Virus record (IMG/VR): IMGVR_UViG_3300010413_000022
Location: 5,703-69,702 of that record
Length of the DNA stretch: 64,000 bases
Direction: 5' to 3' (one strand)
Source of the DNA: a virus
Made by a program: the position numbers and the translations under genes. A model generated the notes under the pieces. It was not told the DNA's origin, made no database searches, and saw only the letters and a program-made list of their open reading frames with translations. The first letter of the stretch is position 1; every line of letters starts with the position of its first letter. Below, piece by piece: positions 1-8,278 of the stretch.

Positions 1-672
1 CCCAGCGTTTGCCTCAACCTCATCATATATTGAAACAACCATCTCTTTAACAAGATTGCGAATTTCATTTTTCTTGTTGTAATCAAGAGTTTCCTCTACT
101 GGATTATTGCCAGCCCAAACCTCAGTTTCAGGTGTTATCTGTACCGGGTTACCAATTATACCTTTGTACATTGAAATGGTGTATTCTTGACCTTCAACAT
201 ACTGTTCGATATGGCAACCTTCAAGGTTAACTTTCTTAAACTCAGAAAGGGTATTTACGAAAACAACACCCTGACCACCTTCTCCACTTGTAGGTTTAAT
301 AACACATGGATATTTTGGGTTCTTATAAACTTTAGGTCTTAATATGCCAAGCTTATCAAGAACCTCATAAGTCTTTAATTTATCGTAACAAATACCATGT
401 GTCTTACTTCCATTATTATTGAAAGATATGTTGTTGGCTTCGAGAATAGACTGTAAAGTACCATCATTTCCAAACCCTCCATAAGTGACTAAAAATACAC
501 CATCAAGTGCAATACGGTTCAGCATTCTTTCAAGGTCATCAATACCACGTATTAAAAACGGTATAACATCTTTGCCGTTGTTTAGTAATACATTGTAAAT
601 ATTACTGACCGAAGCGTAAGAAAAACCTCCGGGTTCACCAACCATATTTCCAAGAATGATAACTTTTTTCAT
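1..672 (-). CDS. D-Ala-D-Ala ligase-like ATP-grasp protein (3' end runs off window)
   Basis: Not in ORF track; hand translation from ATG at 672: MKKVIILGNMVGEPGGFSYASVSNI...DGVFLVTYGGFGNDGTLQSILEANNISF...ICYDKLKTYEVL...YPCVIKPTSGEGGQGV...IEQYVEGQEYTI; matches Ddl HG-GEDG-Q-LE, MDK, VKP and EEY-G-E motifs; start overlaps fibre stop (TAATG). Confidence 0.8.
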   Translation of the reverse strand, partial: MKKVIILGNMVGEPGGFSYASVSNIYNVLLNNGKDVIPFLIRGIDDLERMLNRIALDGVFLVTYGGFGNDGTLQSILEANNISFNNNGSKTHGICYDKLKTYEVLDKLGILRPKVYKNPKYPCVIKPTSGEGGQGVVFVNTLSEFKKVNLEGCHIEQYVEGQEYTISMYKGIIGNPVQITPETEVWAGNNPVEETLDYNKKNEIRNLVKEMVVSIYDEVEANAG

Positions 673-2525
673 TACGATACTTTTTTGAGTGGTAAATAAA
701 ACCCTGTAGCAACAAGGCTTATATTTTTTTTGTCAAAATCTTTTATGTTAAATGAAAGCTCTATTAATTCACCTTTCCTCAAAACTAAATCCTTACTGAA
801 ATCTATATCTGGCTTAAGTGTTTTTGAGCCATCAGTAAGCAATATAGAATTAATGAAGGTAACCTCATCTTTTTCCTCAGTTATATAGAGCTTTAATTTA
901 TTAGACTGTATTATAAACTCAGGTATCCTGAGAGTTTCTGTTTTTTCGCCAAAGGTATATCTTGCCTCTTTTAGAATCTCATTTACAAACAGTTTTTTTT
1001 CGTTGTATTCAATGTAAACGTAAGGACAAGCAATCTGTCCATCAAATTGATGCTGTAACTCAAAATTAGTATAAGCTCCTTTTAAGTATGACCTAAATAT
1101 TGGTCTTGTTCCTACATAACCACCGTTATTAATAGCACTCAAAACAGAACTTGTGCTTGTACCAACTGTATTACTTGCATTGTTTACAAGCCTGATATAA
1201 TTCAAAATATCCAGCTTACTATAAGTAATTGTAGGTATTCTATTTATTGATAGCGTACCTGTAGTAATTTTACTGGCATCAAGAGACGGTATCCTTGCAG
1301 AATTTAAAGTGCCAGATGTTATTTTACTGGAATCCAGTGAAGGTATACGGTCTGCGCTAAAAGTACCAGATGTTATTTTACTGGCATCTAATGAAGGTAT
1401 ACGTGATGTAGACAGAGTACCTGTAGTGATTTTACTTGCATCCAGTGAAGGAATGCGTAATGTACTGAGTGTACCAGTTGTTATTTTGCTGGCATCCAAA
1501 TTAGGTATTTGAAATGCACTCAAAGTGCTAGTAATATCACTTGCCGGGTGAGAATGGTCTCCTCTGGCAACGCTGTTTTCGCTTCCGTGGTCTCCTCCAC
1601 TGCCTGAATAATTATGAGTGACATGGTTGCCAAGCTGTAAATTATTTCTTGCCGTTTCTGCATTGTCAAACGTATTGTCACATTTACGGCTATTACTCAA
1701 TCGTGAATCATTACCTTGACAAACAGTACCAGATGCAGTACCAAAGTTTTTATTAAACGCTGAGTTTTTAGTGAACACAGGTTCATAAACATTAGTATGT
1801 AAATGGTCACCTCTGGCTATATTATTTTGACTTCCATAATTACCTCCTGATCCGATAAAATTATAAGTGACATGATTGCCAAGCTGTAAATTATTCCTCA
1901 TTGTTGAAGGTGTACCTTCACTTAGATTATTTGATATTTTAAACCTTGAATTTATATCTGCCTGAGTTGGTGTTTGCCAATTTTCAAGAGCTTCAATCCT
2001 TGCCAGGAAACCATTACCAGCAAAGTCAGGCTGAATACTTTTTGTGTAAACTACATTAGCATCATCAAGGCTTGACATGTTAGCAGGAACATACAACATA
2101 CCAAGTATTAACTGTCTCCTTTCAGTTGTTAATGATGGAGGAACCGGTGTTGCACTTGGAGTTCCTTTTATGACACTATATATTGAAGGTTGACCTCCTG
2201 TAACCTGCAAGTAAATATGTTCAGCAACTATAAGGTCAATCCTTGGCAAAGAACCTCCTACATCAATAGGTATTACAATACTTTCATCTTCCTTGATCGT
2301 GACACCTTGCTTAGTAATATAAACGCCTTTAGGGTCAGTGTATAACTCATCCTCATCAACGGTTACTACTCCGGAAGTTGTATGTTCAAGAACCAAGTTG
2401 AGACCTGTATTCAATTGAGCATCAAAACCGTGATACAATCCCGGCTTTATTAATTCTGAATACCTTTGATTTATCTCAAACGTACTATCATCAGCTTCAA
2501 ATTCAAATATCCTTTTTTGTGCCAT
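672..2525 (-). CDS. tail fibre protein
   Basis: Follows baseplate wedge genes; N-terminal PRIDLIV..KGTPSATPVPP baseplate-attachment motif, LDASKITxGT repeats, RGDHxH motifs. Confidence 0.85.
   Translation of the reverse strand: MAQKRIFEFEADDSTFEINQRYSELIKPGLYHGFDAQLNTGLNLVLEHTTSGVVTVDEDELYTDPKGVYITKQGVTIKEDESIVIPIDVGGSLPRIDLIVAEHIYLQVTGGQPSIYSVIKGTPSATPVPPSLTTERRQLILGMLYVPANMSSLDDANVVYTKSIQPDFAGNGFLARIEALENWQTPTQADINSRFKISNNLSEGTPSTMRNNLQLGNHVTYNFIGSGGNYGSQNNIARGDHLHTNVYEPVFTKNSAFNKNFGTASGTVCQGNDSRLSNSRKCDNTFDNAETARNNLQLGNHVTHNYSGSGGDHGSENSVARGDHSHPASDITSTLSAFQIPNLDASKITTGTLSTLRIPSLDASKITTGTLSTSRIPSLDASKITSGTFSADRIPSLDSSKITSGTLNSARIPSLDASKITTGTLSINRIPTITYSKLDILNYIRLVNNASNTVGTSTSSVLSAINNGGYVGTRPIFRSYLKGAYTNFELQHQFDGQIACPYVYIEYNEKKLFVNEILKEARYTFGEKTETLRIPEFIIQSNKLKLYITEEKDEVTFINSILLTDGSKTLKPDIDFSKDLVLRKGELIELSFNIKDFDKKNISLVATGFYLPLKKVS
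1233..1510 (-). repeat. five tandem 54-bp (18-aa) repeats IPSLDASKIT(T/S)GTL in the tail fibre
   Basis: Directly visible in translation and DNA. Confidence 0.95.
1548..1898 (-). repeat. duplicated 34-aa block RNNLQLGNHVT...ARGDHxH (1548-1649 and 1797-1898)
   Basis: Directly visible in translation. Confidence 0.9.
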
Positions 2526-2556
2526 TTTTTAACCGTTTACATGTAAAATATACGAC

Positions 2557-3213
2557 TTATTTATCAAAAGACGAGTTAAATGATTCATTAAATGAACCTT
2601 TACCGCCGTCAACAATTACATCAATATCAGTACCGTTGTAGGTAATACTCCTGAGAGTAGCCCAAATCGGCTCATTGAGTTCAATAACATTGTAAATTAC
2701 CTGTACAAGTGATTCACTTATAGGTGCTGTTCCTGTCAAAACAACATCGTAAAAACCAGACAATGCACCCCGGCTGTCAAACCTTCTCTGGTCACTATCC
2801 AGAGTTAGTGTTGGGTGATCAAATCCGTTTGAACTTGTACCCTCAATTATCTCTACTGTATCAAAGCCTAACATGCGAAAAAACTGCTCATAGGCAGTTA
2901 TTGTTCCTTTTATATTGTATAGGCTATACATTAGAGGCAATATCTTACGCCTGAAATAATTATCTGTATATATTGGCAAATGTAGACCTATCCTACTTTC
3001 CTCGTAAATAATATATTTTTCAAGCATGGTAAAAGGGTCAACAAGATTTTCTATGAAATAATTAACTAAGTCAAGTTCATTATCATCCAAGTCTCCTGCC
3101 AGAAGTTCATTAAACCTTTGGCTTAGTCCTTTACCGTTTGAATCTTTGTATTTATCATCAACCTTTGCGGCTAAACCAAAAAACCCGAATATTATATTTA
3201 CAAGCTTAAACAT
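2557..3213 (-). CDS. baseplate wedge protein (P2 gpI-like)
   Basis: YxIKGT motif; position between baseplate J-like gene and fibre. Confidence 0.7.
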   Translation of the reverse strand: MFKLVNIIFGFFGLAAKVDDKYKDSNGKGLSQRFNELLAGDLDDNELDLVNYFIENLVDPFTMLEKYIIYEESRIGLHLPIYTDNYFRRKILPLMYSLYNIKGTITAYEQFFRMLGFDTVEIIEGTSSNGFDHPTLTLDSDQRRFDSRGALSGFYDVVLTGTAPISESLVQVIYNVIELNEPIWATLRSITYNGTDIDVIVDGGKGSFNESFNSSFDK

Positions 3214-4889
3214 TAGACAATACCTCCTGTTCCTGTTATTACAATATCCTCAGACTTACTAACAATTATTGAAAACTCATCCAGTTTTATAATACCTGCA
3301 TTTAAGTCTGGCTTTGGATATGTTTTGAAAATATAAATATCATTTGTTTCATAGCTCTCAGTCAATACTGTAAACTCAATATCATTAAGTGTTACTGTAT
3401 CATCTACTGAATAACTGGCAATGAAATTATTGTTTTTAAACAGGTTGTAAGTAGTAGGTGAAGTAAATTGAATTTTATATGTGTTGCTTGTAGCACCTGC
3501 ATCAATAACATCAATAGTCCAGTTTAATTGAACAGTATCAGGTCTTGAAGGGCTTGCATACGGTATGATGTTTGTATCAAGTATTTGACTATTTAACACA
3601 CCGTCTGTATTTTCAAGTATCTCGTATAAATCACCAATTACCAATTTGCCAGCAATATCAGCATTTTGCCAGCTTAATAAATCCAGTAAGTTTTGTTTGG
3701 CTAAATTCACCGTGTCAACTTGATTATACCCGGTAAGAACATTAACCACACACTCTATTTCTAACCTAACCTCACCTACTGCTTGCGCCCTGATAACTGT
3801 TTGAACGCTTCTCTTATCCTCAAAGAACAATTCAACTTGCTCCAATAAAACTGAGCTCGCAATACCTCCACCTGTTGGAACAACATAAGCCGTTACTCCT
3901 GTGGTAGCATTATAGGCAACTGTAGCCTTCGCAACCCCCGGCGCAAGCGTGGCAATATCAATGTAGTCTTGGTCAGTAACAGCCCTCATTTTAGTCCTTA
4001 TTGACAAAGGAATGTTAACCCTTAACTCCTCTAAGCTCTCAACATCTGCGCCTCCATTGGTATTGTTTTCATTAGTTACTGACAACTGAATTCCACTAGG
4101 TAATGTAATACTATCAACTATTTCAGTTATGCTATTCTCAGGAACATTGCCATTAGAACCAAGACTTGTATAATATGAAATTTCTATGTCTGCGGCTGAC
4201 TGTGGTATTTCTCCGGTAATATCATCACCAAATTTTATCACCATTTGCTTCTCTACATTCAAGCCGGGAACATAAACCCTATCCTCTGGCTTAACAAAAG
4301 CAAAAGTGTCTACGGCTGTGAATATTTGGTTGCCAGCAACGGTAACTGTCATTGATTTATCAACAACATCACTTTCAAGAGTTATTTCTTGGTTTATATC
4401 ACCGCTGGATTGACCCCACGTATATTTTGGCACTAATGTCCATTGTTTAACATCAGCCTCAACCTGTGTTTCGTTAATTGGAATAACAACCTCTGTTAAA
4501 GTAAGAAACTCAATGTTTTGAGCTGTCCTTAATTTAGTTCCGGAAGGTATTACAATTGCTTCTGTAGCTGGGTTGTCAGCCGTGAATAAAACCTTACCAA
4601 CACTAGCATAAACACCATGTATCCTATAATCATGCCCTCTGGCATGAGCTACCATACTGGAATACTTTCTACATGTTATAAGAAAACGCTCTCTTGCTTT
4701 CTTGTTAAGATAGTAACCAAGTTGTTCACTTATTCCTGACCATATACCAGTCATTTTAATGAAATCATTACCCTCACTGTAGTCTGTTATCTCCGGGATA
4801 CCTACTGTTGGGCTTTTAATCTTATCAACAATAGCTGATTTAATTGCTAAATAAGACCTTTCTGCATAGTTTATAAATGGATTATTCAT
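3213..4889 (-). CDS. baseplate wedge protein (J / T4 gp6-like)
   Basis: FGDDITGEIP, GGADVESLEELR, RAVTxxDY motifs. Confidence 0.9.
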   Translation of the reverse strand: MNNPFINYAERSYLAIKSAIVDKIKSPTVGIPEITDYSEGNDFIKMTGIWSGISEQLGYYLNKKARERFLITCRKYSSMVAHARGHDYRIHGVYASVGKVLFTADNPATEAIVIPSGTKLRTAQNIEFLTLTEVVIPINETQVEADVKQWTLVPKYTWGQSSGDINQEITLESDVVDKSMTVTVAGNQIFTAVDTFAFVKPEDRVYVPGLNVEKQMVIKFGDDITGEIPQSAADIEISYYTSLGSNGNVPENSITEIVDSITLPSGIQLSVTNENNTNGGADVESLEELRVNIPLSIRTKMRAVTDQDYIDIATLAPGVAKATVAYNATTGVTAYVVPTGGGIASSVLLEQVELFFEDKRSVQTVIRAQAVGEVRLEIECVVNVLTGYNQVDTVNLAKQNLLDLLSWQNADIAGKLVIGDLYEILENTDGVLNSQILDTNIIPYASPSRPDTVQLNWTIDVIDAGATSNTYKIQFTSPTTYNLFKNNNFIASYSVDDTVTLNDIEFTVLTESYETNDIYIFKTYPKPDLNAGIIKLDEFSIIVSKSEDIVITGTGGIV

Positions 4890-4891
4890 AG

Positions 4892-5284
4892 CTACCTGTC
4901 AATTTCTCTGTTAAATGGATAAATATATGAATCTTTTAACCCGGTTGCCTTAACAACATATATGATTTGGCAATTTACCCTATCTTCATTTTCATTACTG
5001 TAGAATACATCAATTACTCTAATTCTTTTTTCCCACTTATTGAGTGCTTCAACAATATGCAAGTCAAGCAATGACCTTAATATTTGGTCATTTGGTTCAT
5101 ATACCAGCGTATGCAGCATACTACCTCTATCTTCCTGATAGAAAGCTGTTCCAATAGGTGTGCTGAGAATACTGTATATTGACTGGTCAATAGATTCAGT
5201 ACCGCTAACCTTAGCAACATTTCCATTTTCATTTGGCTGCAAAGGGTATTTAAATGATTTTCCTAGATTTGCTATTTGTGTCAT
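4892..5284 (-). CDS. baseplate protein gpW/gp25 family
   Basis: IxQSIxxILSTPIG...GS.L..LVYEP...ALxKWEKRI motif. Confidence 0.9.
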   Translation of the reverse strand: MTQIANLGKSFKYPLQPNENGNVAKVSGTESIDQSIYSILSTPIGTAFYQEDRGSMLHTLVYEPNDQILRSLLDLHIVEALNKWEKRIRVIDVFYSNENEDRVNCQIIYVVKATGLKDSYIYPFNREIDR

Positions 5285-5301
5285 GCTTATAATTTACAAA
5301 A

Positions 5302-5559
5302 TTAAACCGGATAATCCTTTATACTTAAGTTTGCAAAAGCTGTTGGTACAGGAGCAACAACTGGATATGGTCCTGCAACTAATCCAAGTTGAGTTATCGC
5401 TGCACCTGTAAGTTCAGCAATCAAAGATTTTGCATGTGTGTCAATTAAATCAGCAAGCTTTTCAGCATATTGCTGGTCTGCTTGTTCTTTATCAGTAGCT
5501 TGGCTCATTTCTGCGCTCAAAGTTTTTATACCTGCGATTAATGTGTCTTTTGCTGCCAT
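5302..5559 (-). CDS. hypothetical protein (spike-associated position)
   Basis: ORF coupled to gpV-like gene. Confidence 0.65.
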   Translation of the reverse strand: MAAKDTLIAGIKTLSAEMSQATDKEQADQQYAEKLADLIDTHAKSLIAELTGAAITQLGLVAGPYPVVAPVPTAFANLSIKDYPV

Positions 5560-6221
5560 TATTCCATCATTTTTTTTAAGTCCAAAACACTTTGTTCAAA
5601 TTTAACCACCGCATCAGGTGACCAAGTATAAGGTCCGGCACTACCTAACATTTGACCTGACTTAATTGTATCAGTTAAATCATTGAGATAGTCAACCATA
5701 GAAACACCTCCAAACTCAATACTTATCTTTTCCTTAAGTGTAACCGTATTGTCTCCTGATTTAAGCACCGTTTTTTCTCCATCAATCAATAATTCTCTAT
5801 TATCGTCAAAACAAAGCCTTATGAGGCTATCTACTTCATCAAACATAAGTTTATATCCGGCAGGTGTTGTGAATAGAAATTTGCCCGGTTCTACGTCCTT
5901 TGGAGCATAATCTTTAGGATACCAACCATAAGTCCATAATGGAAACTCAGGATTACCATTTTTGAAAGTTGCCCAAATAGGTGAATTGTTTGGTGGGATC
6001 CAGTAAGAACCAATACCTTTTCCAGAGAACATGCCAAAAGGCAAAGCCCACTTTGGATATTCTACATCACCATAAACATTAGGGCAAATAATCTTAACCC
6101 TGCCTCTTATCTCCGGGTCTTCATTATTTGAAACTATACCCTCATAAAAACCATAATAGAGACCAAAAGCCTCTAAACCTTCACGTATCAGTTTGTTTCT
6201 AAATTTTATGAATGGGTGCAT
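5559..6221 (-). CDS. baseplate spike protein (gpV / gp5 OB-fold)
   Basis: YxGIVSNNEDPExRGRVK..P, WAxP, FxNGNPxFPxW motifs. Confidence 0.9.
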   Translation of the reverse strand: MHPFIKFRNKLIREGLEAFGLYYGFYEGIVSNNEDPEIRGRVKIICPNVYGDVEYPKWALPFGMFSGKGIGSYWIPPNNSPIWATFKNGNPEFPLWTYGWYPKDYAPKDVEPGKFLFTTPAGYKLMFDEVDSLIRLCFDDNRELLIDGEKTVLKSGDNTVTLKEKISIEFGGVSMVDYLNDLTDTIKSGQMLGSAGPYTWSPDAVVKFEQSVLDLKKMME

Positions 6222-6222
6222 A

Positions 6223-7380
6223 TCAATTTATTTGGTTTCCATTTATGTCAAATTTACGAATCTTCACCTGCTTGGTGCTGCCAGCTTCTTTTTTACCTTC
6301 TGATTTATTTACTTTTCCGGGCGAACCATCACCACCATTATTGTTATTAGTGGCGTTTCTTGCAAGTTCAAGAGTAGTAATGCCGCCGCTCTGGTTTAAC
6401 ACATCAGTCTTTTTGTGAACATACCAGTTCCCGGCGTGTTCTTTTGCTACTCCTGACATGGTTATTATATCTTCAACCTCTACAGTAGTATCCAGCTCAA
6501 TTTGTAAGGTAGCTGTCATATTGCTCAATATTGAATCTTCAACCTCCTTATCAGTTTGCTTTTTGATTAAGTTTTGATTAGTCTCAGGAGTTACTTTAGT
6601 GCTTCCACTTTCAGAAGGGGTGTTTAACCTGTTCCCATTTATGTCAAATTTAATCAAACGTTTTGCCAGCCCTGATTCTTTCATACCTTCTGGTTTGGTG
6701 AATAAACTGAAAGCATTGCCAGTATCAGAATCTATGCCAGCCGATGAAACTTTATTAGAACTACCTTTATCCTCATATTTAGGTTTAAAACTCAGTACTT
6801 CTTTGCCATCACCGAACTCAAATAGCTTCTTAGCTTCTTTGCTGAGGTCACGGCTTTTGAACTTTATTATGTTATCAGTAATAAAGAAGTCAAGACCTTC
6901 CTTTTGTGCCAGCCTTTTAATGAATTCAAAATATGTCTTGTTTCCTTGTGGAATGGTATAAGCCTCAGTTGTATCCTGAATTTCTGCCTCAAAACCAAAT
7001 TCTTTTGCTATGTATGCAACAATATCTGATGCAGTCATGTCTTCATATATACGGTTACTGATTTGCTTCTTAATAGCAAAACCTGAATCATGGCATTTTA
7101 TTTTGAGCTTGGTCTCATCGGAATAAGTAACCTCAATTGATTTTATTTCTGCCAGCCTATTGCCAGTTTTAGCTCCTTGCAAAAAACCATATTGAAAAAT
7201 CAACATGTCTCCTTTCATTGAGCTAACTTCATCAATAAAGTCATTATCAGCATGGTCAATATCAATCACAAGTAGGTTATCCTCGTTAACGCAATCCTCG
7301 AAACGTATTTTTGACACCTTATCAGTAATGTCAACATTATTTTCTTTATAGAGTATTTTATAAAAAGGACTTTTAGCCAT
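6223..7380 (-). CDS. baseplate hub protein (late control gpD-like)
   Basis: T(A)SDIVxxIAxxxG, QxNxTxxxFxxRLAxxxG motifs; synteny. Confidence 0.85.
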   Translation of the reverse strand: MAKSPFYKILYKENNVDITDKVSKIRFEDCVNEDNLLVIDIDHADNDFIDEVSSMKGDMLIFQYGFLQGAKTGNRLAEIKSIEVTYSDETKLKIKCHDSGFAIKKQISNRIYEDMTASDIVAYIAKEFGFEAEIQDTTEAYTIPQGNKTYFEFIKRLAQKEGLDFFITDNIIKFKSRDLSKEAKKLFEFGDGKEVLSFKPKYEDKGSSNKVSSAGIDSDTGNAFSLFTKPEGMKESGLAKRLIKFDINGNRLNTPSESGSTKVTPETNQNLIKKQTDKEVEDSILSNMTATLQIELDTTVEVEDIITMSGVAKEHAGNWYVHKKTDVLNQSGGITTLELARNATNNNNGGDGSPGKVNKSEGKKEAGSTKQVKIRKFDINGNQIN

Positions 7381-7693
7381 TGATTAATTTAATTTGAAAC
7401 AATACAGGATCGGGTATTATTAAATCTTGACCAATGTATTCAGCAAGGTCAAGCGGATTTACTATGTCATTTGCATCGGCAATTATGTGCCAGTACTGTT
7501 GAGGTGTTTGCATAATATCCTTATAGTATTTATATGCAATTCTGGTCAAAGTATCAGTTTCCTTTACTGTATGAAACCTATCACTATCCTCACCTGAGTA
7601 AACAATTTCATCACGTTCAAGGTACTTTTCACCGTCAGCAAATTCCTCTATGTAGCCATTGGCATACAGGTCAAATGTTCTCAAAGTTATCAT
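7373..7693 (-). CDS. LysM / tail protein X-like baseplate protein
   Basis: HTVKETDTLTRIAYKYY...WHIIADANDIVNPL...GQDLIIP. Confidence 0.85.
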   Translation of the reverse strand: MITLRTFDLYANGYIEEFADGEKYLERDEIVYSGEDSDRFHTVKETDTLTRIAYKYYKDIMQTPQQYWHIIADANDIVNPLDLAEYIGQDLIIPDPVLFQIKLING

Positions 7694-8277
7694 ACTCTTA
7701 AGTCATTAATGGTTACATCATTATCAGTATCAATCTGTAATACAAGATTAGCCACAGCTCTCAATGGTAGAAAACCGCTTTCTCCATCAAAATGAGTGTA
7801 CTTATAATTCACAGCTTTAACAACCCATAATTCCCAGCGAAATAAATCTCCAAATACAATTTTAACCCGGCGGTAAGAACCTATTTTGCCGTCATTGATA
7901 GTTAAGCTCCTTAACCAGTCAATTTTGCGTTTTACGTCATCATGAGATTCTATATCACTATAAAATTCGAGAGGCAGGTTTAAGTTTTCCTTTCCACCTG
8001 TGTAGTGCAAAAACGGATTGTTTCTGCCAACAACCTTAAGCTCTTTTAAATCAGCCGACCTGCTTCCATTTATTTCATTAGGCATAAACTGTATTTCTAA
8101 ACGCTCCTGTATGCCTTCCCTTGCAGTAAGGTCAAGCAAATAGCACAGGTGGTCAGTAGTGCCAAATGTATAAGACAAAGAACCGGGTTCAGGAACATAA
8201 GTATCTTCTTGCTTCCTATCCCGGTAATTCTTCGAGTAATTAATATAATCGTATGGATTAAGATTAATTGATTTCAT
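7690..8277 (-). CDS. tail tube initiator (gpU / CIS tube-like)
   Basis: QFxPxEI, VxGRxxPxxxYxGG, PLRAxxxL motifs; directly after tape measure. Confidence 0.7.
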   Translation of the reverse strand: MKSINLNPYDYINYSKNYRDRKQEDTYVPEPGSLSYTFGTTDHLCYLLDLTAREGIQERLEIQFMPNEINGSRSADLKELKVVGRNNPFLHYTGGKENLNLPLEFYSDIESHDDVKRKIDWLRSLTINDGKIGSYRRVKIVFGDLFRWELWVVKAVNYKYTHFDGESGFLPLRAVANLVLQIDTDNDVTINDLRV

Positions 8278-8278
8278 A

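Noticed and set aside
1233-1898. CRISPR array or DGR template/variable repeats
   Set aside because: The repeats are in-frame coding units without spacers, differences are not adenine-specific, and no reverse transcriptase is seen.
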